Below are positions 53,316 through 64,000 of a stretch of 64,000 bases of DNA, piece by piece. The stretch's first letter is position 1. Each line of letters begins with the position of its first letter. The DNA lies in contig JAQGDQ010000452.1 in assembly GCA_030141605.1 (NCBI GenBank), forward strand, positions 125,503-189,502. The letters are read 5' to 3'. The position numbers and the translations under genes were made by a program. Origin of the DNA: Tubiluchus corallicola (lineage: Eukaryota; Animalia; Priapulida). The notes beneath the pieces are model-generated. The model saw only the letters and a list, made by a program, of their open reading frames with translations, ran no database searches and was not told where the DNA came from.

Positions 53316-54289
53316 AGGTGGTGGCATGTTCGCAGTGGTGAAGATACTTGTGACAATAGTGAAGAAGGCAGTAATGATGTTGATGGTGGTGAGAAATATA
53401 ATGCGCAAAAGTAATTCACAACATCTATATTAGTGTTACATTATTACATGTTGTTAGTACCGGATTATGAACTTTGAGGGCCCTTAGGCTAACGAAATTA
53501 TGGACACCCCATCACATCGAGCCACCCTTTAACTCGCCCGCACTCGTCTTAAAAAAATTTTCTCGTGATATATTTTAACGACATTCACATTGGTTGTAGT
53601 AAAATTATTGCAAATTCTTTAAAATTAGAATAAATTTCAACACAACCGTACTGAAAAAACAGATTTTTTTACCAAATGTTAACTACCAAAGCTTGAGGCT
53701 CGTCTGCAACCTACACTAGCCTATAAGATAATCCGGCTTAAATATCGTTCTGTTGTTTATGTGAGAAGGTCTGAAAGCATTTTCGCCTTCTCTAACACAG
53801 CACATCCGTGCCATGCATGATTTGTTACGCAACATAGTTAATGGTTCATCTAAGCTTCTTTTAATGGCAAGTTTGGCCAGCAATTCCTAGTAAAACTTTG
53901 TGAACGAAATTAGTACAAACACCCGTCGTTCAGCAGTAATCAATGCCTCCTACTGAGCTACGGAGGCGGATAATTTAATTTATAGAGATGGTGTTCTAAT
54001 CAGTAATCAGAGTAATGTCAACACGACTTGGCTTCTAGGGCTTCTGCGTATGATTCGGGTCAGTTCAGTCAGCTGAACGATAACTGTATAACAGTGTTTT
54101 GACTCGTACTAGAAAACGATGTTAGCGTTCTCGGTAATTGAATGACTTATTAGGAATTGCTTACAAGGTTTGGATTAACCTGGTAGCATGCTTTATCAGT
54201 ACATGCAGCTTGTGAGGCCTACCCAAAAGACAAAATTTATTTGCCGTCGATCATTTCACCAATAACACATGGGGTGTATGTCCTCGTGT

Positions 54290-54360
54290 TAATCGTGAGT
54301 ATCGAACTCATGATTGAGTGGTTGCAGTCCAAAATCATAAACCACTCGGCCACGCAATCC
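54290..54360 (-). mobile_element. tRNA-derived SINE head
   Basis: Minus strand tggccgagtgg ... gagttcgatac. Confidence 0.5.
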
Positions 54361-55361
54361 AGGACAGCCCTCTCCTGCAATCCCTCCCCGTCAATGACGT
54401 AACGTTCCACACATTGTTGTTTCACTTACGTCATAAAACCATTTTCCAATTGTAAAAAACTGCTATAGGCCTGCCTCCACAAGCAAAAAACCTCAAACGA
54501 TTGACGACACCCACGATTCGGTGGTCAAGAAAGTCATCTATTCTGGTATGGACATCAATAGTGGACTGAAAATATCTAAAATGGCGGCAAAAATTGCCAC
54601 ATCTCCATATTGAAACAAGAGAAACCCAAACAAACAATCAAGTTTAGGTTCTGTGAGCTAGGGTGGAAATACGGCATGTTTTTGTGTGCCAATAGCGCCC
54701 AAAGATATTTGAGATGGGCGAGTAAATCTTCAAGACGCCCTGATAGTATAAGAAAATAATATTTCTGAAAGCAAGTATAAATACAGCTCAGAATTAGTAA
54801 CAGCGCCTACGTTTTTTTCTGAATTAAACTGGAGAATTCACACATTTTTGGATGCCAGCAATAATATTTAAGTTGAATTAGCAAGAATGCAAAAAACTAT
54901 TATAGGTCTTCACCGATCATTAAGACCCAATTAAATAAGCACAGTTGCAAAGAACGCAGATGTATAATGTCTTACATATACTGTCGCAAATTTAGTTCCT
55001 GTTAATTCTCTGGTGATAATAAATGTAAGTTGCTTAACAGTAAAAATTATAGATTAAACTGCAAATAGTCAAAGAATTTAAAGATCATTATTTTTCTTCC
55101 TACAGTGATTCATTAATCTAGCCCCGCTATCTGACTATTACATTTGCTAGTCACATTATAATGGTTCAGTATTTATAAAACATTTCAATATTTGGCTTCT
55201 TTAAAAAGTTTTAATATCAGCACTAGTAAATAATCGATCAAGTTATTATTTCGTAATCTCACTGTGACTGTCACGTCATATTGAATATTTTTTCCTTGAA
55301 ACTTCCACGTTTGCAACATGACAATTTTTTGTATGTTTAAAATGCCAAAACAAAGTGTTTA

Positions 55362-55730
55362 CTGTTGATGCTGTTGCTGCTGCTGCCGCTGCTGCTGCTG
55401 CTGCGGCTGCTGTTGCTGTTTCTGTTATTGCTGTTGCTTTGCTACTGCTGCTGTTGCTGTTGTTGCTGTTTTTGTTGCTACTGCTGCTGCTGCTGTTGCT
55501 GTTGTTGCTATTTCTGTTGTTGCTGTTGCTGTTGCTGTTGCTGTTGTTGCTGTTGCTGTTGCTACTGCTGCTGCTGCTGTTGCTATTTCTGTTGTTGCTG
55601 TTGTTGCTGTTGCTACTACTGCTGTTGCTGCTACTACTGCTGCTGTTGTTGCTGTTTTTGTTTTCTACTGCTGCTGTTGCTGTTGTTGCTGGTTTTGTTG
55701 CTACTACTGCTGCTGTTGCTGTTGCTGCTT
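55362..55730. repeat. (CTG/TTG/CTA)n trinucleotide tract, intronic
   Basis: Directly visible; gives poly-L, poly-C and S/N-rich ORFs. Confidence 0.97.
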
Positions 55731-55917
55731 CATGCATTTGGTTCTTATCGTATTAAACTTATAATCCAGAGGTTCCTGGTTCGAATCCAGGCTCAATTTG
55801 ACTGTTTCACACCTCTCTCTTTCAGTTAAATAATACCCGGGTGTTCATTTCATCATTAACCAATAATCTTCAAAATTACTTTGGTCTAGTACAAGTAGCC
55901 CAAGTTACTGGTATCTG

Positions 55918-56037
55918 TGCCAAACTTGGTACCCTGTGTATTGTAAAAATGAGTGTTTGCCAAACTTGGTACACTGTGTATTGTAAAAATGAGTGTTTGC
56001 CAAACTTGGTACCCTGTGTATAGTAAAAATGAGTGTA
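55918..56037. repeat. 40-bp tandem repeat, 3 copies
   Basis: caaacttggtac at 55921, 55961, 56001. Confidence 0.93.
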
Positions 56038-59000
56038 TTAATAAGTATAGAACGTGTAACAACTAGACGCAGTCTCCACTAATTGACTCGCAGGGCAATA
56101 AAACGTAATGGAAATGCAGACATGGTTTGCTCTAGGTTAATTCAATCAATGAGCGTCAAATGTTTCCAGTCAGGTCATCACCGCGCGTTTAAGAGAACGC
56201 TTTATTACCCGAACGAACCATGAGCAAAGAACGTTTGACAAACAAAATCCATTAAAGTATAGTTTTCACTCGCCGCAGCCTCGCCGATTATTCAAAGCCG
56301 CATAACATTCGACGCGGTGCGCCATTAAACACGGATAATCAATTTACAGAAAACAAAAAGCAAGATCAAAGCTCGCGTGACGAAAGACGCTCGATTATAT
56401 GCGTTGTGGTTCTTGATTAATTCTCGATTCGTCGTCTTTATCTGATCACTTTGAACGTTTTATAAATGAGGGCGCTAAAATCAATTAAGGCGGTATAGCT
56501 CGTTAATTTAGAACGTAATGACGCGATTAAAATTTTATCTCGAGGCCATCAGAGATTTAATTATCTCGCTACAACATTGAAAGTTTGAAATGACGTTCCA
56601 GACCTTAATAGTTTTCACAAACTTGTGAATATTGTCACAATCCCAAAATTAATTTTTAGAAGCATCGAGGCTTCTGTAAGTGCTGGGTTCACCGAGAGCG
56701 GAAGTGACGCCCCAAACGCAGCGTCTTAAGCCTTTTGGGCATCCGACGTAAAGATCTAATGGGGCGATGAGTATAAGACATACGTGCCATTCTGGGGGCA
56801 GCCTAATCATCTCTGTTGCCAGGGTGATAAACGTTTTCATAAAGTTCAAAAATTGTTAAAAATTTGTAAATTGAAGTACAGCTTTTAGTTCTGCAAAATA
56901 AACGTCTTATTTAGCTGAAAAACGTTTACCACTGACTAATAATTAATTGCGTCAATAATTATAGGTTAATTACTTTATTAAAGTAATAACTCAAATTAAA
57001 CTAATGATTAAAATTTTTAATCATTAAAAAATCATACTTCTTTTAATTACAATTTATTTCGTAGCCCAAGTAAGGAAACTGCTTCCTCGAACCACCATAT
57101 TATCTAGAGAAGTATAAATTTAAAGTAAGAAAAACCTGCGCATGAATGTGAAGGATTCTAAGATTTCCACTTTCTACTAAGTAGATGGCGCTATTACTTT
57201 GCAAACATGTTAAAGCACAAGAAAACCCTCCACTTACATAAAGCTTAAAAAATTTGTTTGGAAATTTTATGCCACTTACACCTATCGCCTTTTTGCATAA
57301 TAGACTTGCGTCGGCAGCAACGCTGTATAAAACATGTAAATTTGAACTCCCGTGATGACCGTTAGACGCGGCCATTTTGACGATAAGTCAATTGAAACAA
57401 GTTTAGATAACATTGCATAAAGTTTGAAAAACAATCAGAGCATTCGTAAAGCAAACGTCACTAACTAAGTAAAATTTAAAATTACTGTATCTTGTCAATA
57501 AGGTTAAAAATATGTTTTTTGGTTAGTGAGTGGCGCACCCTGGAGGGTGAGGCAGCGACATTTTACCAATAGTTGAAAGCATTTTAAATAATTAATAATT
57601 TACTTTTCTAGTTACACAAGTTTTTCAAGCTGGTAAGCGAAATGTTAAGTAATATAATTTTGCATGTAAAGTTTTTTGGGTCATAATTTAACATTGTCTT
57701 TTCTTCCCCTGATTTAGGTTGTGCGCATATGATGTCATGTAGTGGCACGGTCGGAACAGTACTGCGGGAAATTTAAAATGAAAACAAACAAAAAAATCCT
57801 TTCAACGCGAGTACGATATACGCATAATATTGCTATAAAGTAGTATAATTTTTAAGGCGATTTTTCCGAAACCTACTTCAGGTACTTCTTTTCTTGTCAT
57901 TTAAGAAAATTTGAACTACCATCTTTACTAAACTATTACAACCATTAAAAGTTAAACATTGTAGTTCCTCAAACTGCAGTTTATTTGGTGAAATCCGCCA
58001 GCGCCATCTATGATGAACTCACAGAACTTCCTTGCAAATAAAGTTCGAATTTCCTAGAACTGAAACGATTCGGCAACACTAATGGACCAACTGATCTACT
58101 AATTAGAATGCCAACTTCCGCTATGAATAATTACGAAGCGTTCAGATTACATAAAAGCAAATACAATCTGGTTTAGGCTTTCATCAACATCCGTGTGTAT
58201 AAGCTCTTCCTGTGTTGACATTCCCCACTGGATTAACTAATACGAATTGATCTTCAACATATCTAGTCTTAGACTAACGATCACTCTAGTCTAGTGTCTA
58301 GACAGTTCGTATGTCAGTAGATTTATATTAGACAAGCACTTTCGACAGTACTTTAAAAAAAACCGCCTTCAGAAATATCCTTTAAGTAAAATTTAGATCG
58401 ACTGAATTCCATAGTTAAGCAGTCACAGGAAAAACTACTTAAATGTTGGTAACCTGTATTTAGGAGTGTCAAAAGTAAAATATCAGTAACATCAGCAGAA
58501 CGAGTGCTCCAAGTAAATTTTTAACATTTAAAAAAGAGTGACGTATGAGAACATCTTTCATGAAAGTACTGATCAAAAACTCTATGTAGCCACAAATTCG
58601 ATGTCTGACTGAGTATATATTTGAGCACGTAATTTTGATATTTATTATAAATGCAAGAACAATAAGAAGGGAAAAAAAGAAAAAAATACGACGATTCATA
58701 TCATCACTGTTGTTTATCTCTAGCTGAAACAAAATGACAAAAAAAAATCAAGTGAAATTACTAGCATTAATTTTTTGGGAATTTTTTATTCTTATTTTTA
58801 ACACATTAATATTAACCCAGGGGGGTCGAACTCCAAGATGGCATGGCGGTCTTGATATTGCGCGTCATGAAAATCCATTTTACTATCGTTGTGTAACTGA
58901 TTACTTAACTATAAATGTCAATTTTAATTACAAATGTTATGCTAATTAACTAAATCAATGCCTGTAAACTAGTACCTTATACCTGTTATAGCATGTCATC

Positions 59001-60024
59001 TAACTCTCATAAAACAAAATACACAAAAACTACACTGTACGGAGTTTATTAACAGCACTAGTAAAAATAAGGAACCAAAATACACGTTCACCAAAAATAA
59101 ATAACTCAGTAACAGCACTACACCCGAGGAGCACCTGTGTCAGAAATCAGGGCTGTAGTGACCTCTACACGCTTTTATACTGGCATTCCAGGTCAGCTGG
59201 CTTCTCACACCACGTGTAGGCCCAAACAAGACGTCTGGACCTACAAGAAAGGGGTGAGTCGCTGCTGACGTGGAAGCAGGGCGTGTAGACCCGACATAGG
59301 TGCCTCCGTAACAATATTAAAGAGACACAAACGCTGAAAATAAGAGCACAAGAAAGAAACGCAGAAGTAGAAAAATACAAGCCACAATCACAGAACACTG
59401 TGACGCAGTCAGTAACTAGTTAGTTTCTATTTTAATTCTATATCCTCTAAATGTGATATCCTTTTCACGTTAATAATACGTAGGAGCAAAAAAGTCTCCC
59501 AAAAAATTAATATTAGTAATTCTATATCAGTTTTTCTGTCCTTTCACCTGAAGATAAACTACAGTAGTTTGAAACGTCATGCTTCTTCATTATTATTTTT
59601 TATTTATTATTGTTTTGGTTTTTAGTTGTGGGATTATTTCACTTCATTCACATCTTCACTATTCTTGTCATTAATAATTGTTCGTGTTATTTTAATAGCT
59701 CCCAGGCTTGAGTAGCAAATAATTCAAAACCTCCGCTATTTTCATTTCTATCAGTAAGATAATAACAACAGCGAATGTGAAAGTGACTTTCAACGAAGCT
59801 CTGAAGTTTTCAACAAAACCTGCATTCATAATTACGTCAACATGAATGAAGTTTATTAAGCACGCACATGATTTTCACAGCTGCTCTTAGCTGTGAAGTA
59901 ATTATAATTAATGTTTCCACGTGTCTTGTTATTCCATTATAGCCTTTGTTCACTACGCTGGAAGTGCTTAACAGTATACAGCCGCCTACACTAAACGATG
60001 GTAAATTATCATATAGGTTCTGAA

Positions 60025-60566
60025 AGGAAAGCCGGATGATTGTGCAAACATTGGTTCAGAATAAGAATGCTCTAAAGTATTGAAAACTACAATACTTTTT
60101 TTAAATCAAAGATCAGATTAAACAATAATTACCTCAGATACTCAAATTTCGTTAAACTTTCAAAGCTACGCGCCGCTCAGTGAATCTAGTAAGATTGGCA
60201 GCGGCGCCTTTTTGTCACATTCGCGTGGCGGACAAATAGAAGGCGCACCGTGATCACCATGATCATGAACGGCTGTATTAGTTTCTGACGTCATGTGACG
60301 TAGAGCCCATTTCCGTGACATCACGCGTTTAAGCACTACTGTAATAGGCAAACGTGCTTGGCGCGCAAGGGAAGATGCCTGCCAATTGCACAAACTGTGG
60401 TTAGTTTCTGACGTAAACAATAGCTGTGTTCGGTTGCCGTTAATTAACTTCCTAAGCTAATTATTCAAATATAAGAAACAATTGCTAACTTTTATAGGCA
60501 AGAAAATGTATATTTTGGACAGTAAATTAAAATGAGATTGAGTCTAAACAATCCTCCGGTTTTCCT
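60025..60566 (+). mobile_element. Kolobok-like non-autonomous element, family A
   Basis: aggaaagccggatgattgt ... acaatcctccggttttcct; strong similarity to 36370-36869; TSD not preserved. Confidence 0.8.
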
Positions 60567-60728
60567 GCTCCACCAGTCTACCGATCCATCATTCCACATC
60601 AAGCTACCACAACAGGCTAGTATTGTACATTATAATTAACTACGCGCCAGAATACCAATAAATGCTTAACAGTATGTATGCTAAACTATGTTATCAGCAC
60701 TTATAACCGCACTAATCGTGGTAATTGT

Positions 60729-61114
60729 TGTGGAGATCCACTAGAATTAAATAGAATATTGTATAATGTTCTATAGCATAGTAGAACAATCTTTTTACCT
60801 TGTAGAAGTTTCGAGAACTTTCTATTTCTAGATTATTCCCTGGCACTGATATATAAGGCGGAGCTGGCCGCTGGAGTTTATTCTCTCACATTCTCTTGTA
60901 TCCTCGTATTCTCAGATTCTCAGATACGCTTTCACGTTTCCAGATTATCACATTTACTGTAAACATTTCGCGTTCCTTCATACTGTTGTCCTGTAGAATT
61001 CTCGTATAATAAACTAGTTTAATTTGGCGACGTGTTTTCTGGTTTTCTCTACGAGTCTTCCGAGAGAAACAAAACACAACAGTAATCAAATTAATAAAGG
61101 TATCATATCTCACA
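60729..61114 (+). mobile_element. Probable solo LTR
   Basis: TG...CA ends with short inverted repeat (tgtggagat / atctcaca), TATATAA near 60850, AATAAA near 61093, flanks aattgt/aaatgt. Confidence 0.55.
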
Positions 61115-61149
61115 AAATGTCTAACACTATTCAGAAACACAATTCATAC

Positions 61150-61306
61150 CTGTTGGTCCATGACGTTTAATACAATAACAATGTCCTCATTACAGCTGCC
61201 AAAGTGCCAGCCCGTCCTGCGAAGGTAGTCACCAAACATGATGGTTTCTCTTTCCATGAGCTCTTTTCTCGGGAATTTCTGGTCATCAAAATTTTCACTA
61301 GTATCA
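61150..61306 (-). CDS. TPM-domain (MOLO-1-like) protein, internal exon
   Basis: atttcag|...CAG|gtatga; DTSENF...FGDYLRRTGWHFGSCNEDIVIVLNVMDQQ; phase 2 to 0 fits both neighbours; not in the ORF track. Confidence 0.85.
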
Positions 61307-61834
61307 CTGAAATACAACAAAAACTTAAAATGCAGCTCACTTGTAAAACTAACAGACTTTTATTCTTTTAATAAAAACAGGACAAGCTAATCCTCAGTAA
61401 ATACTATAATTACAGCTAATGATACTCCCTGAATGCATCTTCTTAATTCTCATACAATCCTCTTTATGTAATTATCACATTACTGTCAGTTCCTAGACAC
61501 CTTGTCAGCCAAACAATGAAGAAGAAGCCAATTGACAGCCAATAAATCAACCAACGAACTAATAAACTAATCAATCGACCAACCAACCAACCAACTCACC
61601 AACAAGTCAGCTAATGGCTAACCGACTAACTGACAAATAAAGCAACCAAACAAACAACCAACAAAATGTGCAGTCAACCAACCAGCTAAATAATTAGCAA
61701 TCAATCATTCAGCTACCCAACAACATGAATTCGCACATTGGATAGTGAGAAATACTGATGAATTCATAAGATTCTGCAAAAAATAATTATTACAACAACA
61801 TTTCGTTTAATTATTATAGTCTAGATAAGTGTGG

Positions 61835-62333
61835 CTGCACTAGGTTGGCACCAGTTGCACTAAGTTGGCACCAGTTGCACTAAGTTGGCACCAGATGCAC
61901 TAAGTTGACACCAGTCACAGTAAGTTAGCACCAGGAGCATTAAGTTGGCACCAGTGGCACCACTGGCACTAAGTTGGCATCAGTGGCACTAAGTAGGCCC
62001 CAGTTACACTAAGTTGGCACCAGTTGTACTAAGTTGGCACCAGCTGTACTAAGTTGGCATCAGTTGTACTAAGTTGGCATCAGTGGCACTAAGTTGGCAC
62101 CAGTTACACTAGGTTTGCACCAGTGGCACTAAGTTGGCATCAGTTACACTAAGTTGGCACCAGTTGTACTAAGTTGGCATCAGTTGTACTAAGTTGGCAC
62201 CAGTTTCACTAGGTTAGCACCAGTGGCACTAAGTTGGCATCAGTTGCACTAGGTTGGCAACACTGGCACTAAGTTGGCCCCAGTTACACTAAGTTGGCAT
62301 CAGTTGTACTAAGTTGGCATCAGTTGTACTAAT
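61835..62333. repeat. 20-bp minisatellite, array 1
   Basis: Unit gcactaagttggcaccagtt. Confidence 0.96.
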
Positions 62334-62499
62334 GCTTTGTTACAAAAATGCATTGTGTTGCTGAGCACAACTACTTCACTAGTTTAATAACACAGAGGCA
62401 CAGTTCTCTATACACGTCTTTATACCAGCCTGATTTAATCAATGAACAAGAAAAGACGGAAATTAAATAAAAAAAATCGAAAGGAATCGATTTGCGCAC

Positions 62500-62668
62500 C
62501 TTTTTATGCTTGGAACGATTGCCACAGAAAGAATGTACCCCCTGCGTTCCTGCTGAAGGCAGTCTGAAATTTTTCCAGGATTCGGATGTCGATCTCCTCC
62601 CTCCCCGTCGGTACACGGACATCCGGTTGAGTTCCTCAGACGCTCGATGGCCGCGTCTAGTCGGTTAG
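62500..62668 (-). CDS. TPM-domain (MOLO-1-like) protein, internal exon; upstream exons probably outside the window
   Basis: tttttcag|...AG|gtgcgc; NRLDAAIERLRNSTGCPC...DC...GYILSVAIVPSIK (different frame from the ORF-track entry). Confidence 0.85.
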
Positions 62669-63323
62669 CTGAAAAATTGTTAATACATTAGTGTACGATA
62701 ATTTATTAATTAGTTAATTATTTAAGTATTAAAAGCAGACCTTAACCATTTTTATGCAACTCAGTACCTTGCAAGGCATTATACAGGATTCAGTGGCAGG
62801 GCCTGCTCTTCGAATGTTTGTGGCTAGGCCGGAACCTAGCTAATTATCAAAAGTAACCCTTTAAAATGAGATACTGGATCGATAAGTGCTGCCTTTAACC
62901 ATGAGGTAAGTAGTAAGTAGCTGCAGCAGTAGAACAATTGAAGCCACCCGAAGCAGTTTCCAACTGGTCACCTATCCACTTAATGATCAGACATGACATT
63001 AAGACAACATTCAATAAACCTATTGATGACGAGGATTAATCATATCAACTGAACGTGAGAAATGAGGCTTGAGTATCTAGAGCTCCAATGAATTATGGAT
63101 GAATGAAGCCACATCCCCTTCGTAAAATACAAACACGTGATACTAAGTGCAACGCTTCGGTCTCCTATTCATCCTTTCTTCACAATTTCCATCGTTTTAG
63201 CCTCATTAACCAGTCATTAGTCCTTAATTTGAATTTGGATTTTGAATTAGTCCTTTTGTAACTGACCGTTGAGTGTTTTAATACAGGCGTAGGTCATTTC
63301 GGATCACCATACCTTAGTCATAC

Positions 63324-63569
63324 CTAAGTTCGCACCAGTTGCACTAAGTTGGCACCAGTTGCACTATGTTGGCACCACTGGCACTAAATTGGCACCAGTG
63401 GCACTAAGTTGGTACTAGTTACACTAAGTTGGCACCAGTTGTACTAAGTTGGCACCATGTGTACTAAGTTGGCATCACTGGCACTAAGATGGCACCAGTT
63501 ACACTAGGTTAGCACCAGTGGCACTAAGTTGACATCAGTGGCACTAAGTTGGCACCAGTTACACTAAGT
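63324..63569. repeat. 20-bp minisatellite, array 2 (same unit and orientation)
   Basis: Unit gcactaagttggcaccagtt. Confidence 0.95.
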
Positions 63570-64000
63570 CATAAGCAATTGATTACGATTCGGATACGGT
63601 TGCATGTTCACTTTTTTGTTTGGTGACCCTTTGATTGGTGATCCTTGGTATAAGATGATCCGATAATAACATTATTTTTCGGTCCTTTGTTTAGTAATCT
63701 TTTAAAAGTTTGACCGACGGCTCTTAAACTCAATGGTGGTCTCTTCCCAGTGGCTCTGACCCACGTCAAATTCTTCAGTGAATGCCACTGGGTTCAGAAA
63801 TGGTAACTATTCAAGCATAAACTTTCTCTACGGTGCAAGCAGCCATACAAGGTCACGTGACTTAACCAGAACCGTTCTGGATAAAAAAGGCTGCAGCAAA
63901 TTTATCGCTTAATTTACGGAAGATTTGACAAAAATAAATTGAGTTTCCGTCCGACTGGTCTGAATGTTTCCGCCTGTGAATGAAGGCGTCTTCAATGAGC

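Noticed and set aside
55740-55800. tRNA gene
   Set aside because: Only a B box/T arm (ggttcgaatcc) is present with no complete cloverleaf; likely a SINE remnant.
55276-55829. Poly-L, poly-C and S/N-rich ORFs
   Set aside because: Trinucleotide microsatellite; the flanking exons already join in frame without it.
47054-57435. Inverted match between about 47060-47125 and 57370-57435
   Set aside because: Short dispersed repeat fragments in introns of two different genes, with no sign of a shared structure.
58984-59397. Possible second solo LTR or coding exon on the minus strand
   Set aside because: TG...CA ends and an AATAAA are present but no matching TSD; the translation is unrecognisable and not needed for the TPM gene.

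Overview
AT-rich, intron-rich animal (probably invertebrate) genomic DNA, not prokaryotic; most ORFs in the supplied track are artefacts of tandem repeats. Two spliced genes can be read directly. (1) On the + strand, nine GT-AG exons (13619-47499) assemble in frame into 319 aa of a cAMP-dependent protein kinase type I regulatory subunit: linker with RRGAVS pseudosubstrate plus two cAMP-binding domains. I could not find its canonical dimerization/docking (D/D) exon in the window. Several phase-compatible candidate alternative 5' exons lie upstream of or within the gene: an acidic TQT-bearing N-terminus, a short MPSCNKAK, a hydrophobic signal-anchor-like peptide near a perfect CRE, and one that would skip the inhibitor site. 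(2) On the - strand, converging tail-to-tail, three exons (62668-52627) encode the C-terminal part of a TPM-domain single-pass membrane protein resembling the MOLO-1 family. The introns hold many minisatellites, non-autonomous DNA transposons (TTAA/Kolobok-like, 8-bp-TSD hAT-like, Tc1/pogo-like), tRNA-derived SINE heads, a probable solo LTR and one degenerate hammerhead-like motif. Family assignments come from recalled motifs, not database searches, and all alternative exons are unverified predictions.
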